Shown here: positions 1-9,292 of the stretch, one piece after another
Layout of the letters: each line of letters starts with the position of its first letter
Numbering within the stretch: position 1 is the first letter of the stretch
Assembly (NCBI GenBank): GCA_050259735.1
Contig: JBLNBE010000066.1
Location: 33,060 to 97,059 of the forward strand
DNA from: Bacteroidota bacterium
Lineage (GTDB): Bacteria > Pseudomonadota > Alphaproteobacteria > Rhodospirillales > Magnetospirillaceae
Direction of reading: 5' to 3'
DNA length: 64,000 bases
Notes under the pieces: model-generated
Seen by the model: only the letters and a program-made list of their open reading frames with translations
Database searches by the model: none
Told to the model about the DNA's origin: nothing
Made by a program: the position numbers and the translations under genes

Positions 1-1707
1 AAATAGTATGGTGGTTCCCTGGCCGGGCTGCGATTCCAGCCAGATGCGGCCGCCATGGCGTTCGACGATCTTGCGGCACAGCGCCAGGCCGATGCCGGTG
101 CCGGCGATATGCTCGCGCCGGTGCAGGCGCTGGAAGATGGCGAAGATGCGGTCGTGATATTGCGGGTCGATGCCGATGCCGTTGTCGGCCACGGCAAACC
201 GCACCATGCCGCCAAACTCGATCTCGGCGCTGACCGCGATCACCGCCGGCCGGGTCGGCTCGCGGTATTTGATCGCGTTGCTCAGCAGGTTCTGGAACAC
301 GCTCTGCAGCTCACCGGGGCGGCACCATACCCGGGGCAGCCGGGCGATGGAAATCTCGGCACCGGCTTCGGCCACCACGCTGTCCAGCGTATGCAACGCC
401 ACCCACGCCAGCTCGTCGGCGTCGCACGGCTCGCTGCCGGTGTCGTCGCGGCCGACGCGCGAGAAGCACAGCAGATCGTTGATCTGCGTCGACATGTGCT
501 TGGCGCCCTCGACGGCGAAGCGGATGTATTCGTCGGCATCGGAGTCCAGCTTGCCGTGATAGCGCCGTGCCAGCAGTTGCAGGAAGCTGCCGATGGTCCG
601 CAGCGGCTCCTGTAAATCGTGCGAGGCGACATAGGCGAACTGTTCCAGCTCGGCGTTGGACGCCGCCAGATGGGCGGTGCGCTCGGCCACCTGCAGCTCC
701 AACTCGTCCCGGCTGGCGGCCAGTTGCCGTGTCAGGCTGCGGGTCGTCGCCGCCCGCAGGTCGTAGCGCCACGCCAGCCCCAACAGGAACGCCGCCACCA
801 GCGCCAGCACGGCGGCTTCTTCCCGCGTTTGGGCGCGCCAGCGGGCCAGCGCCATGTCGGTGGTCATGGCCACCGCCACCACCAGGGGATAGTTGGTCAG
901 GGTGCGATAGGCGGAAATCTTTTCCCTGGCGTTGACCATCGAGGTGAAACGCACCACCCCGTCGGGCGCGGCCGCCATCAGCGGGAACATGGGCGACGCC
1001 GCCACCGTCTTGCCCAGATAAACCTCGTGCTGCGGCACCCGGGCGTAATAGACGCCGTCGCGGCGGAACAGCGAGGCGCCGCCTTCGGGATCGACCATCA
1101 CCGAGGTCAGTTTGTCGCGGAAGGCGGTGGGGTCGATGCCGGCCACCACCATGCCGGCGAAACTGCCGTCCTTGGCAATGATCGCCCGGGTCAGCGGCAC
1201 CGACGCCTGATGCGAAAAGCGGCTGACCAGCGGATCGGGGAAGAACAAGGCGGTGTGGCGATACTGGCTTTTGGCGGCGATGAAATAGGCGCGGTCGGAC
1301 AGGTCGTCGGCGTGGCCGGGCAGTCTTTCGCCGGGCCGGGCAATGACGCGAACGACGCGGCCATCGGCATCGGCGATCACCAGATTGCGAATTTCGGGAA
1401 AGCCGGCCAGACGGGCGCGGAACCACCCTTCCAAAGTGGCGTCCAGCCCGGCGGCGGGGTCGATGCGGTTGGCGGCCTCGTCCAGCAACCCGGCCATGCT
1501 GCGCACCGAGCCGTCGATCTGGTACTCCACCGCACGGGCCAGCGCGGTCAGGTGGGCCTCGGTCTCGCGCAGGTCAAGCGCCCGGTCGCGCCAGGTGTTC
1601 CAGCCCCAATTGCCCGTCAGCACCAGCACCAGCAACGCCGCTGCTGCCCGGCCCTTGAAGCGCCAGAACGGCCGGTCCCGAGTCAGTTCCCCCAAACCGC
1701 GACTCAT
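1..1707 (-). CDS. Sensor histidine kinase (2 TM, Cache-like periplasmic domain, HisKA, HATPase_c); 3-prime end truncated by window edge
   Basis: Own translation of the minus strand in the frame whose codons end at multiples of 3. It starts at ATG 1707-1705 (MSRGLGELTRDRPFWRFKGRAAAALLVLVLTG...). Motifs: H-box FAYVASHDLQEPLRT, N-box VFQNLLSNAIKY, G-boxes VADNGIGI and GTGIGLALCRKIVERHGGRIWLESQPGQGTT. It is absent from the ORF track because no stop codon lies inside the window. Confidence 0.85.
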   Translation of the reverse strand, partial: MSRGLGELTRDRPFWRFKGRAAAALLVLVLTGNWGWNTWRDRALDLRETEAHLTALARAVEYQIDGSVRSMAGLLDEAANRIDPAAGLDATLEGWFRARLAGFPEIRNLVIADADGRVVRVIARPGERLPGHADDLSDRAYFIAAKSQYRHTALFFPDPLVSRFSHQASVPLTRAIIAKDGSFAGMVVAGIDPTAFRDKLTSVMVDPEGGASLFRRDGVYYARVPQHEVYLGKTVAASPMFPLMAAAPDGVVRFTSMVNAREKISAYRTLTNYPLVVAVAMTTDMALARWRAQTREEAAVLALVAAFLLGLAWRYDLRAATTRSLTRQLAASRDELELQVAERTAHLAASNAELEQFAYVASHDLQEPLRTIGSFLQLLARRYHGKLDSDADEYIRFAVEGAKHMSTQINDLLCFSRVGRDDTGSEPCDADELAWVALHTLDSVVAEAGAEISIARLPRVWCRPGELQSVFQNLLSNAIKYREPTRPAVIAVSAEIEFGGMVRFAVADNGIGIDPQYHDRIFAIFQRLHRREHIAGTGIGLALCRKIVERHGGRIWLESQPGQGTTILF

Positions 1708-1773
1708 CGGGAGCCTCTTGCAAGAATAAGCATCCCCATGGTGCGGCCGACGACTATCGGGCGTCAATGCTCG

Positions 1774-2775
1774 CTAGAACGCGACCTGGCCCCACAGCAG
1801 CAGGATCACCAGACCGGCATTGAGCAGACAGGCGGCAGAGAACAGATGCAGCGCGCGGTCCATGTCGGCGACGGTGGCCCGCGCCCGGCCACGGCCGATC
1901 CATTTTTCGTCCACCACCAGGCCGGGATACTTGCGCGGCCCCCCCAGCGCCAGATCCAGCGCGCCGGCCATGGCCGCCTCGGGCCAGCCGGAATTGGGGC
2001 TTTTGTGGTGGCGGGCGTCGGTGACCATGGTCGCCAGCGCCCGCAGCGGCTTGCCCTTGGCGGCGAACAGGGCGGCCAGGGCGATAATCACTCCGGCCAG
2101 GCGCGCCGGCACCAGGTTCAGCACGTCGTCCAGCCGGGCCGAGGCCCAGCCGAAGGCGCGGTACTTGTCGTTGCGATAGCCGACCATGCTGTCCAGCGTG
2201 TTGACCGTCTTGTACAGCACCAGGCCGGGCAGTCCGAACAGCACGTACCAGAACACCGGCGCCACCACCGCGTCCGAGAAGTTCTCGGCCAGGCTTTCGA
2301 TGGCGGCGCGGGCGACGCCGTGTTCGTCCAGGCTTTGCGGGTCGCGGCCGACGATGCGCGACACCGCATAGCGGCCGGCCTCCAGCCCGTTATGTTCCAG
2401 CGCACGGGCGACGTCGTCGACGTGGTCGAACAAGGCGCGCTGGGCGATCAGGGTGGCGGCGGCGAACACCTCGATCAGCCAGAAATGCGGGAGCGCACGG
2501 GCGGCGAAGGCGATGGTGCCGCCGACGGCCAGGGCCACGCTTGCCATCAGCACCACCAGCACGACGCCACGCGCTTTGCGGGTGCTTTCGGACAAGGCGG
2601 GTTTGTTCAGCCGCTTGTCCAGCGCGCCGATCATCCGCCCCAATAAAACCACAGGGTGGGGCAACAGGCGGAACAACGGCCCCATTTCGCCGAACACCGC
2701 GTCCACGGCCAGGGCCATGAACAACAGGAACAAAGCGTCGGGAGCGGTGCCGAAATGGGTGGCGAACGGAAGCAT
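1774..2775 (-). CDS. cobD: Adenosylcobinamide-phosphate synthase CobD/CbiB
   Basis: Last 333 codons of track ORF 1774..5877, from MLPFATHFG (ATG at 2775). Multi-TM protein with CobD/CbiB-type blocks (PVFWYVLFGLPGLVLYKTVNTLDSMVGYRNDKY, HHKSPNSGWPEAAMAGAL). The upstream 1034 codons of the track ORF are antisense to cbiX/cobH/cobL. Confidence 0.9.
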   Translation of the reverse strand: MLPFATHFGTAPDALFLLFMALAVDAVFGEMGPLFRLLPHPVVLLGRMIGALDKRLNKPALSESTRKARGVVLVVLMASVALAVGGTIAFAARALPHFWLIEVFAAATLIAQRALFDHVDDVARALEHNGLEAGRYAVSRIVGRDPQSLDEHGVARAAIESLAENFSDAVVAPVFWYVLFGLPGLVLYKTVNTLDSMVGYRNDKYRAFGWASARLDDVLNLVPARLAGVIIALAALFAAKGKPLRALATMVTDARHHKSPNSGWPEAAMAGALDLALGGPRKYPGLVVDEKWIGRGRARATVADMDRALHLFSAACLLNAGLVILLLWGQVAF

Positions 2776-2901
2776 GGCCGGAGAGTAGCGTCTTGTCATT
2801 TGGGGTGGCAACCCCGGCGGCCTTTTCCTATAGTCGCAACCCTGAATTCCGGCCGGAGGCAACGACCAGCCGGCACCCGCACGAAGGCAAGGACCACGCG
2901 C

Positions 2902-3927
2902 ATGAGTGAAAAAACCGGTGTGATGATTTGCGGCCACGGCAGCCGCGACGTCGAGGCGACGACGGAATTCGCCTCGCTGGCGCGCCATCTGCGCGAACGC
3001 CTGCCGCAATATCCGGTCGAAAGCGGCTATCTGGAATTCGCCCGCCCGATCATCCGCGACGGCCTCGAGGCGCTGAAGGCCCAGGGCGTCACCCGCGTGC
3101 TGGCGGTGCCCGGCATGCTGTTTGCCGCCGGGCACGTGAAAAATGACCTGCCGTGGGAGATCAATAGTTTCGCTGCCGAAAATGCCGGCATGAGCGTGCA
3201 ATTCGGCCGCGAATTGGCGGTGGACCCCAAGCTGCTGGCCGCCTCGGCCGCACGCATCGAGGAAGCCGAGGCCACCGGCAAGCCGGGCGTGTCGCGCCAG
3301 GACACCCTGCTGTTGGTGGTCGGCCGTGGCACCAATGACCCCGACGCCAATTCCAACGTGTCCAAGGTGGCGCGCATGCTGTGGGAAGGCATGGGCTTCG
3401 GCTGGACCGAGGTGGCCTATTCCGGTGTCACCACTCCGCTGGTCAACCAGGCGCTCGAGCGGGTGACCAAGCTGGGCTACAAGCGCATCATCGTCTTCCC
3501 GTATTTCCTGTTCACCGGCATCCTGGTCAAGCGCATCTATGCGTGGAGCGACGAAGCCGCCGCCGCCAATCCCGGCATCGAATTCATCAACGCGCCCTAC
3601 CTCAACGACCATCCGCTGGTGATCGACAGCTTTGTCGAGCGGGTCGAGGAAATCCTGCGCGGTGAAACCCACATGAACTGCACGCTGTGCAAGTACCGCA
3701 CCCAGATGGTCGGCCACGAGCAGGCGGTCGGCGCGGTGCAGGCCGGCCATCACCACCACGTCCGCGGCATCGGCACCGACGCGGACCACGATCATGACCA
3801 TGGGCATGACCACGGGCACGACCATGGCCACGATCACGGGCATGGCCACGGCCATCATCATCACGGTCATGGTCACCATCATGGTCATGGCCATGACCAT
3901 GGGCACGACCATAAGCACGGCGAGTAG
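2902..3927 (+). CDS. cbiX: Sirohydrochlorin cobaltochelatase, long form (CbiX-L) with MxCxxC motif and poly-His tail
   Basis: From ATG 2902 (MSEKTGVMICGHGSRD...). Two CbiX/SirB-like halves (GHGSRD; LLVVGRGTNDPDAN), then MNCTLCKY and a ~60-aa His/Gly/Asp tail ending HGHDHKHGE. Confidence 0.85.
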   Translation: MSEKTGVMICGHGSRDVEATTEFASLARHLRERLPQYPVESGYLEFARPIIRDGLEALKAQGVTRVLAVPGMLFAAGHVKNDLPWEINSFAAENAGMSVQFGRELAVDPKLLAASAARIEEAEATGKPGVSRQDTLLLVVGRGTNDPDANSNVSKVARMLWEGMGFGWTEVAYSGVTTPLVNQALERVTKLGYKRIIVFPYFLFTGILVKRIYAWSDEAAAANPGIEFINAPYLNDHPLVIDSFVERVEEILRGETHMNCTLCKYRTQMVGHEQAVGAVQAGHHHHVRGIGTDADHDHDHGHDHGHDHGHDHGHGHGHHHHGHGHHHGHGHDHGHDHKHGE

Positions 3928-3933
3928 GCGCCC

Positions 3934-5457
3934 ATGCTGGCGGCTGGTCCGGTCTTCGACGCCTATGTGATGGTGGATTGGAGTGCGGAATCGCGCCCCA
4001 AGACCGGTGCCGACAGCATCTGGTGGACCTGCCTGGAGCGCGGGCCGCATGGGTTGGAGGAGCGCGCGACCGCCAATCCGCCCACCCGCGCCGAGGCGGA
4101 AAGCCAGTTGGCCGACCTGCTGTCCGATCTGGCGGCGCGCGGCCTGACGGTGCTGTGCGGCTTCGACTTCAATTTCGGCTTTCCCCAGGGCTTCGCCGGC
4201 CGCATCGGCGCCAAGGATTGGCGCGGAGTCTGGCGTCGTCTCGGGGCCGAAATAAAGGACGACGCCGATAACGCCAACAATCGCTTCACCGTTGCAGCCG
4301 GGCTGAACCATGCCATTTCCGGCCGGGCGGCGCCGTTCTGGGGCCGGCCGGCGGCGGCGGAATGCGCCACCTTGGAGGCGACCAAGGGCGATTTCGCCGG
4401 CCTGCCCGAACGCCGGCTGGCCGAGGCGCGCGCCAGCAGCGCCAAGCCCGTGTGGCAACTGGCCTATGCCGGGGCGGTCGGCGGCCAGACCCTGACCGGC
4501 ATTCCCCGGCTGGAACGGCTGCGCCGCCATCCCTGGCTGGCCGAGCTGACGCGGGTGTGGCCGTTCGAAACCGGGTTGCAGCCCCTGGGCAAGTCGTCGG
4601 ACTGGCGCATCGTGCTGGCCGAGGTTTATCCCGGCCTGCTGCCGCTCAAGCCGGCGGCGACAGTGAAGGATCGGGCGCAGGTCGAGGCGCTGGCCCGCCA
4701 TTTCGCCCAATTGGACGGCGAAAGCCGGTTGGCGCCGCTGTTTGCCGGCGACCCCCATTTGTCGGCGGCCGAGCGCGCCGTCGTGGAAACCGAGGAGGGC
4801 TGGATTCTGGGCGTCACCACCGCCGATCGCGTCGATATTCACGACTGGATCAAGGACCCCGCCGCCATCTATGCGGAATCCTTCGCCACCATCCGCCGCG
4901 AGGTCGACCTGGACGCCCTTCCCGACGCCTTGCGCGACGTGGTGGTGCGGGTGATCCACGCCTGCGGCATGACCGACATCGCCGGCGACCTTGCCTGGAG
5001 CGACGGCGCCGCCGAGGCCGGCGTCAAGGCGCTGGCCAACGGCGCGCCCATCCTGGTGGACGCGGAAATGGTGGCGCATGGCATCATCCGCCGCAAGCTG
5101 CCCAAGTCCAACCGCGTCGTCTGCACCCTCAACGACGCCAGCGTGGCGCCGTCGGCCAAGGCGCTGGGCACCACCCGCTCGGCCATGGCGGTCGAGCTGT
5201 GGCGGCCTCTGCTGGACGGCGCCGTGGTCGCCATCGGCAACGCCCCCACCGCCCTGTTCCACCTGTTGGAAATGATCGAGGACGGCGGTCCGCGCCCAGC
5301 GCTGATCCTGGGGTTCCCGGTCGGCTTTGTCGGCGCGGCGGAAAGCAAGGACGCGCTGATCCAATCCGGCCTTCCCTTCATCGCGCTTCGCGGCCGTCGC
5401 GGCGGCTCGGCCATGGCGGCAGCGGCGGTCAACGCGCTGGCGGGGGGGCTGGAATAA
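3934..5457 (+). CDS. cobH: Precorrin-8X methylmutase (CobH/CbiC) domain fused to an unassigned ~300-aa N-terminal domain
   Basis: Residues ~305-507 (WIKDPAAIYAESFATIRREVDL...GNAPTALFHLLEMIE...GFPVGFVGAAESKDAL) are a typical CobH/CbiC. Residues 1-~300 (YVMVDWSAESRPKTGADSIWW, LCGFDFNFGFPQGF, LAEVYPGLL) are not CobH. The ORF is uninterrupted, with 6-nt and 1-nt gaps to its neighbours. Confidence 0.85.
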   Translation: MLAAGPVFDAYVMVDWSAESRPKTGADSIWWTCLERGPHGLEERATANPPTRAEAESQLADLLSDLAARGLTVLCGFDFNFGFPQGFAGRIGAKDWRGVWRRLGAEIKDDADNANNRFTVAAGLNHAISGRAAPFWGRPAAAECATLEATKGDFAGLPERRLAEARASSAKPVWQLAYAGAVGGQTLTGIPRLERLRRHPWLAELTRVWPFETGLQPLGKSSDWRIVLAEVYPGLLPLKPAATVKDRAQVEALARHFAQLDGESRLAPLFAGDPHLSAAERAVVETEEGWILGVTTADRVDIHDWIKDPAAIYAESFATIRREVDLDALPDALRDVVVRVIHACGMTDIAGDLAWSDGAAEAGVKALANGAPILVDAEMVAHGIIRRKLPKSNRVVCTLNDASVAPSAKALGTTRSAMAVELWRPLLDGAVVAIGNAPTALFHLLEMIEDGGPRPALILGFPVGFVGAAESKDALIQSGLPFIALRGRRGGSAMAAAAVNALAGGLE

Positions 5458-5458
5458 T

Positions 5459-6652
5459 ATGACCACGCCTTGGTTGAACGTCATCGGCATGGGCGACGAC
5501 GGCCTTGCTGGCCTGTCGCCCGCCGCCCGCACCCTGCTTGACGCCGCCGAGGTGGTGATCGGCGGCGCCCGCCATCTGGCGCTGGTGCCAAGTGCTGTGG
5601 ACAAGCGGGAATGGCCGCAGCCCTTTGCCGGCGCCCGCGACCTGCTGGATTCGTTGCGTGGCCGCAACGTCGTTGTGCTGGCCTCGGGCGATCCCATGTG
5701 GTTCGGCATCGGCGCCACGCTGACGCGCTGGCTCAGCCCCGGCGAGATGCGGGTGCTGCCCCATTCCGGCGCCTTCTCGCTGGCCGCCGCGCGCCTGGGC
5801 TGGCCGCTGCAGGATTGCCTGTGCCTGACCATCCACGGCCGCCCGCTGGAAACGTTGCACCTGCACCTTGCCCCCAACCGCCGTTTGCTGGTGCTGTCCG
5901 AAGACGGCCAAAGCCCGGCCGCCGTGGCGCGGCTGCTGGAGAAGGCCGGTTACGGTCCGTCGCGGCTGGTGGTGCTGGAGCATCTGGGCGGCGCCGCCGA
6001 GCGCCTGCACGACAGCGTGGCGGAGGCCTGGGTCGGTGCCGCCGCCGACCTCAACACCCTTGCCATCGAGTGCCGGGCCGAGCCGGGCGCGCGGCTGCTG
6101 TCGCCGATGCCCGGCCTGCCCGACGATGCCTTCGACCATGACGGCCAGTTGACCAAGCGCGAGATCCGCGCGGTGACGCTGGCGGCGCTGGCGCCGCTGC
6201 CGGGCCAGATGCTGTGGGACGTCGGTGCCGGTTGCGGCTCCATCGCCATCGAATGGATGCGTGCCGGTGGCGCCGCCATCGCTATCGAGCCGCGCGCCGA
6301 CCGCTGCGCCCGCATCGCCGCCAACGCCGCTGCCCTGGGCGTCCCCGGCCTGCAGGTGGTGCGCGGCGCCGCCCCCGAAGCCCTGCCCTATTCCGACCCC
6401 GATGCCATCTTCGTCGGCGGTGGCGTCTCGGCGCCCGGTTTGCTCGACGCCTGCTGGTCGTCCCTGCGCCCCGGTGGCCGCCTGGTCGCCAACGCGGTGA
6501 CCGCCGAGGGCGAGGCCGCGCTGATCGCCCTGCATGCCCGCTTCGGCGGCCAGATGGTGCGCCTGGCCGTGTCGCGCCTGGCCCCGGTCGGCGGCTTCCA
6601 CACCTGGCACCCGGCCATGCCGGTGACTCAGTATGTCGGGAGGAAGGGGTGA
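5459..6652 (+). CDS. cobL: Precorrin-6Y C5,15-methyltransferase (decarboxylating) CobL (CbiE-CbiT fusion)
   Basis: N-terminal tetrapyrrole methylase (LNVIGMGDDGLAGLSPAAR, LASGDPMWFGIG). C-terminal SAM-methyltransferase CbiT-like half (LWDVGAGCGSIAIEW). Confidence 0.9.
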   Translation: MTTPWLNVIGMGDDGLAGLSPAARTLLDAAEVVIGGARHLALVPSAVDKREWPQPFAGARDLLDSLRGRNVVVLASGDPMWFGIGATLTRWLSPGEMRVLPHSGAFSLAAARLGWPLQDCLCLTIHGRPLETLHLHLAPNRRLLVLSEDGQSPAAVARLLEKAGYGPSRLVVLEHLGGAAERLHDSVAEAWVGAAADLNTLAIECRAEPGARLLSPMPGLPDDAFDHDGQLTKREIRAVTLAALAPLPGQMLWDVGAGCGSIAIEWMRAGGAAIAIEPRADRCARIAANAAALGVPGLQVVRGAAPEALPYSDPDAIFVGGGVSAPGLLDACWSSLRPGGRLVANAVTAEGEAALIALHARFGGQMVRLAVSRLAPVGGFHTWHPAMPVTQYVGRKG

Positions 6653-6699
6653 TATCGCGTCCTGGCAAGCGGAGTGCTTTGCGGCGGGCATCCAGCAGC

Positions 6700-6792
6700 A
6701 ACACGGATAGACACGGATGGGCGCAGATGGGCACGGATAAGAGAATAAATCCTATCTGTGCCCATCCGTGCCCATCTCGGTTCATCCGTGTT
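6700..6792. repeat. Imperfect ~93-nt palindromic REP-like element inside the cob operon (cobL-cobI spacer)
   Basis: The left half AACACGGATAGACACGGATGGGCGCAGATGGGCACGGATAAGAG faces the right half CTATCTGTGCCCATCCGTGCCCATCTCGGTTCATCCGTGTT. Both are built from CACGGATGGGC/CAGATGGGC units. Confidence 0.7.
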
Positions 6793-6827
6793 ACGGCTGG
6801 ATTTGTCCGTCTGGAAGGCCGCCAGCC

Positions 6828-7508
6828 ATGACTGGCACTCTCTACGGCATCGGCGTCGGTCCCGGCGACGCGGAATTGCTGACGCTCAAGGCGGTGCGGC
6901 TGATCCAGGCCTGCCCGGTGCTGGCATGGCCGGCCCCGCTTGAGGGCGAGGGGCTGGCGCGCACCATCGCGGCGCCGCATGTTCCCGAGGCCAAGACCGA
7001 GATCGCCATTCGCCTGTCCTTTCGTCCCGAGCGCGACGACACCGATGCCGCTTATGATAACGCTGCCGCAACGATTGCCGTGCACCTGGAGCAGGGCCGC
7101 GACGTCGCCGTGCTGTGCGAGGGCGACCCGCTGTTCTTCGGCAGCTTCATCTATCTGCTGACCCGGCTGCGCGACCGCTTTCCAGTCGAGGTCGTGCCCG
7201 GCATCGCCTCGCCCATGGCCGCCGCCGCCGCCGCCCTGCATCCGCTGTCGACGCTGGAAGACGCCGTCGCCATCATCCCGGCGACGCGCGACGAGGCCGA
7301 GATCGAACGCCTGTTGGCCGCCGCCGAATCCGCCGTCATCATGAAGATCGGCCGCCACCTGCCCAAGGTGCGCCGCGTCCTCGACCGCCTGAACCTGACC
7401 GACAAGGCGCTGGTGGTCGAACGCGCCACCCAGCCGCGCCAACGCCTGATCCCCCTGGCCGATGTGGCCGAGGCTCCGTATTTCTCTCTCATTCTGGTGC
7501 ATGCATGA
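6828..7508 (+). CDS. cobI: Precorrin-2 / cobalt-factor-II C20-methyltransferase CobI/CbiL
   Basis: From ATG 6828 (MTGTLYGIGVGPGDAELLTLKAVRL...CEGDPLFFGSF). The track ORF begins 60 nt earlier, inside the REP element. Confidence 0.9.
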   Translation: MTGTLYGIGVGPGDAELLTLKAVRLIQACPVLAWPAPLEGEGLARTIAAPHVPEAKTEIAIRLSFRPERDDTDAAYDNAAATIAVHLEQGRDVAVLCEGDPLFFGSFIYLLTRLRDRFPVEVVPGIASPMAAAAAALHPLSTLEDAVAIIPATRDEAEIERLLAAAESAVIMKIGRHLPKVRRVLDRLNLTDKALVVERATQPRQRLIPLADVAEAPYFSLILVHA

Positions 7509-9292
7509 TCGCCGTCCTCGTCGTTACCCCCGCCGCCTTGCCCACCGCCCGCCGTATCGTCGCGGCCTTGCCGGGGGCGTGCCTGCATGGGCTGGCCGGC
7601 CGGGTGGACGAGGCCGAGCAGGTGTTCGCCGACACCAAGGTCCACATCGCCGCCTTGTTCAAGGCCGGCACCCCGATCATCGGCGTGTGCGCCGCCGGCA
7701 TCCTGATCCGCGCCATCGGTGCCGTGCTGGTGGACAAGCAGGCCGAGCCGCCGGTGCTGGCGGTGGCGCCCGACGGTTCCAGCGTGGTGCCGCTGCTGGG
7801 CGGCCATCACGGCGCCAACGAATTGTCGCGCCGACTGGCCGCCGTCCTCGACAGCCATGCCGCCATCACCACCGCCGGCGACCTCAAGCTGGGCGTGGCG
7901 CTGGACGAGCCGCCGCCCGGCTGGCACGTCGCCAATCCCGAAGCGGCCAAGCCGGTGGCCGCCGCTCTGCTGGCCGGCGAACCGGTGCGGCTGGAGGTCG
8001 AGGCCGGCGAGGCCGGATGGCTCGACCACCTGACCTTCACCGACGACGCCGAGTCTTCGGTGCGCGTCACCGATCACCAGGTCATGGCCGACGAATCCGA
8101 GTTGCTGCTCAACCCGCCGGTGTTGGCGCTGGGCGTCGGCTGCGACCGGGGCTGCCCGCCCGAGGAGTTGGCGGCGCTGGTGCGCGACACCCTGGAAGCC
8201 GAGGCGTTGGCCCCCGGTGCCATCGCCTGCGTCGCTTCCATCGACCTCAAGATGGACGAGCCGGCGGTGCATGAGCTGGCCAAGTCGCTGGGCGTGCCTG
8301 TCCGCTTCTTCACCGCCGCCGAACTGGCCGAACAGGCGCCGCGCCTGCAGAACCCGTCCGAGGTGGTGTTGAAGGAAACCGGATGCCCCGGCGTGTCGGA
8401 AGGCGCCGCCCTGGCCGCCGCCGGCGCGGATGCGGCGCTGGTGGTGCCCAAGCTGAAGACCAAGCGCGCCACCGTCGCCATCGCCCGTGCGGCGGTCGGC
8501 ATCGACCCCGCCGCCATCGGCCATGGCCGTGGCAAGCTGTTCGTGGTCGGCATTGGCCCCGGCACGCCGTACTGGCGCACCCCGGAAGCCACCGCCGCCA
8601 TCGCCGCCTCGACCGATCTGGTCGGATATGGCCTCTATCTCGACCTGCTGGGCGAGGCCACCGCCGGCAAGGCGCGCCATGAAAGCAACCTGGGTGCCGA
8701 GGCCGACCGCGCCCGCATGGCCCTCGACCTCGCCGGTCAGGGCAAGACGGTGTCGCTGGTGTGCTCGGGCGATGCCGGCATCTACGCGCTGGCGACCCTG
8801 GTGTTCGAGCTGATCGACCGCGAAAAGAAAACCGAATGGCTGCGCACCGAGGTCCAGGTGGTCCCCGGCGTTTCAGCGCTGCAGGCCGCCGCCGCCCGTG
8901 CCGGCGCGCCGGTCAACCACGATTTCTGCACCATCTCGCTGTCCGACCTGCTGACGCCGTGGGAAACCATCGAAAAGCGGCTCAAGGCGGCGGCCGAGGC
9001 GGATTTCGTCGTCTGTTTCTACAATCCGGTGTCGCAGCGCCGCCGCGACCAGTTGGCCCGCGCCCGCGACATCCTGCTGACCGGCCGTCCGGCCGAGACG
9101 CCGGTCATCCTGGCCCGCCAGCTTGGCCGGCCCGAAGAAAACGTGCGGATCGTTACGCTGGGCGAACTGACTCCCGACCATGCCGACATGCTGACCCTGG
9201 TCATGGTCGGCAGCTCGGAAAGCCGCCGCCTGGCCCTGGGCGGGCGCGAGCATGTCTATACTCCGCGCGGCTACGCCAAGAAGCTGGTGTAG
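7505..9292 (+). CDS. cbiG/cobJ: CbiG (cobalt-precorrin-5A hydrolase) fused to precorrin-3B/cobalt-factor-III C17-methyltransferase (CobJ/CbiH)
   Basis: ATG 7505 overlaps the cobI stop (ATGA). The N-terminal ~330 aa are CbiG-like (MIAVLVVTPAALPTARRI..., LALGVGCDRGCPPEEL...IDLKMDEPAV). The C-terminal ~260 aa are a tetrapyrrole methylase (GKLFVVGIGPGTPYWRTPEA, VCSGDAGIYA). Confidence 0.9.
   Translation: MIAVLVVTPAALPTARRIVAALPGACLHGLAGRVDEAEQVFADTKVHIAALFKAGTPIIGVCAAGILIRAIGAVLVDKQAEPPVLAVAPDGSSVVPLLGGHHGANELSRRLAAVLDSHAAITTAGDLKLGVALDEPPPGWHVANPEAAKPVAAALLAGEPVRLEVEAGEAGWLDHLTFTDDAESSVRVTDHQVMADESELLLNPPVLALGVGCDRGCPPEELAALVRDTLEAEALAPGAIACVASIDLKMDEPAVHELAKSLGVPVRFFTAAELAEQAPRLQNPSEVVLKETGCPGVSEGAALAAAGADAALVVPKLKTKRATVAIARAAVGIDPAAIGHGRGKLFVVGIGPGTPYWRTPEATAAIAASTDLVGYGLYLDLLGEATAGKARHESNLGAEADRARMALDLAGQGKTVSLVCSGDAGIYALATLVFELIDREKKTEWLRTEVQVVPGVSALQAAAARAGAPVNHDFCTISLSDLLTPWETIEKRLKAAAEADFVVCFYNPVSQRRRDQLARARDILLTGRPAETPVILARQLGRPEENVRIVTLGELTPDHADMLTLVMVGSSESRRLALGGREHVYTPRGYAKKLV

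Noticed and set aside
619-2646. 675-aa plus-strand ORF in the track
   Set aside because: It runs antisense to the histidine kinase and cobD. It has a Gly/Arg/His/Gln-rich composition with no motifs. This is a typical high-GC shadow ORF.
2776-2901. Looked for a cobalamin riboswitch in the divergent cobD/cbiX spacer
   Set aside because: The spacer is only 126 nt. It has no B12 box and no GGTG...AATCC / GCCACTG-type blocks.
3757-3927. Repetitive CAC/CAT-GGC/GAC DNA that could be mistaken for a tandem repeat or array
   Set aside because: It is in-frame codon-level low complexity encoding the CbiX His-rich tail. There are no spacers and no unit structure typical of CRISPR or VNTR.
2776-5877. N-terminal 1034 codons of the 1367-aa minus-strand ORF 1774..5877
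   Set aside because: Only the last 333 codons (cobD) look like a protein. The rest is antisense to cbiX, cobH and cobL, and includes the mirror image of the His-codon repeat (MVVPMVMAMTMMV...).
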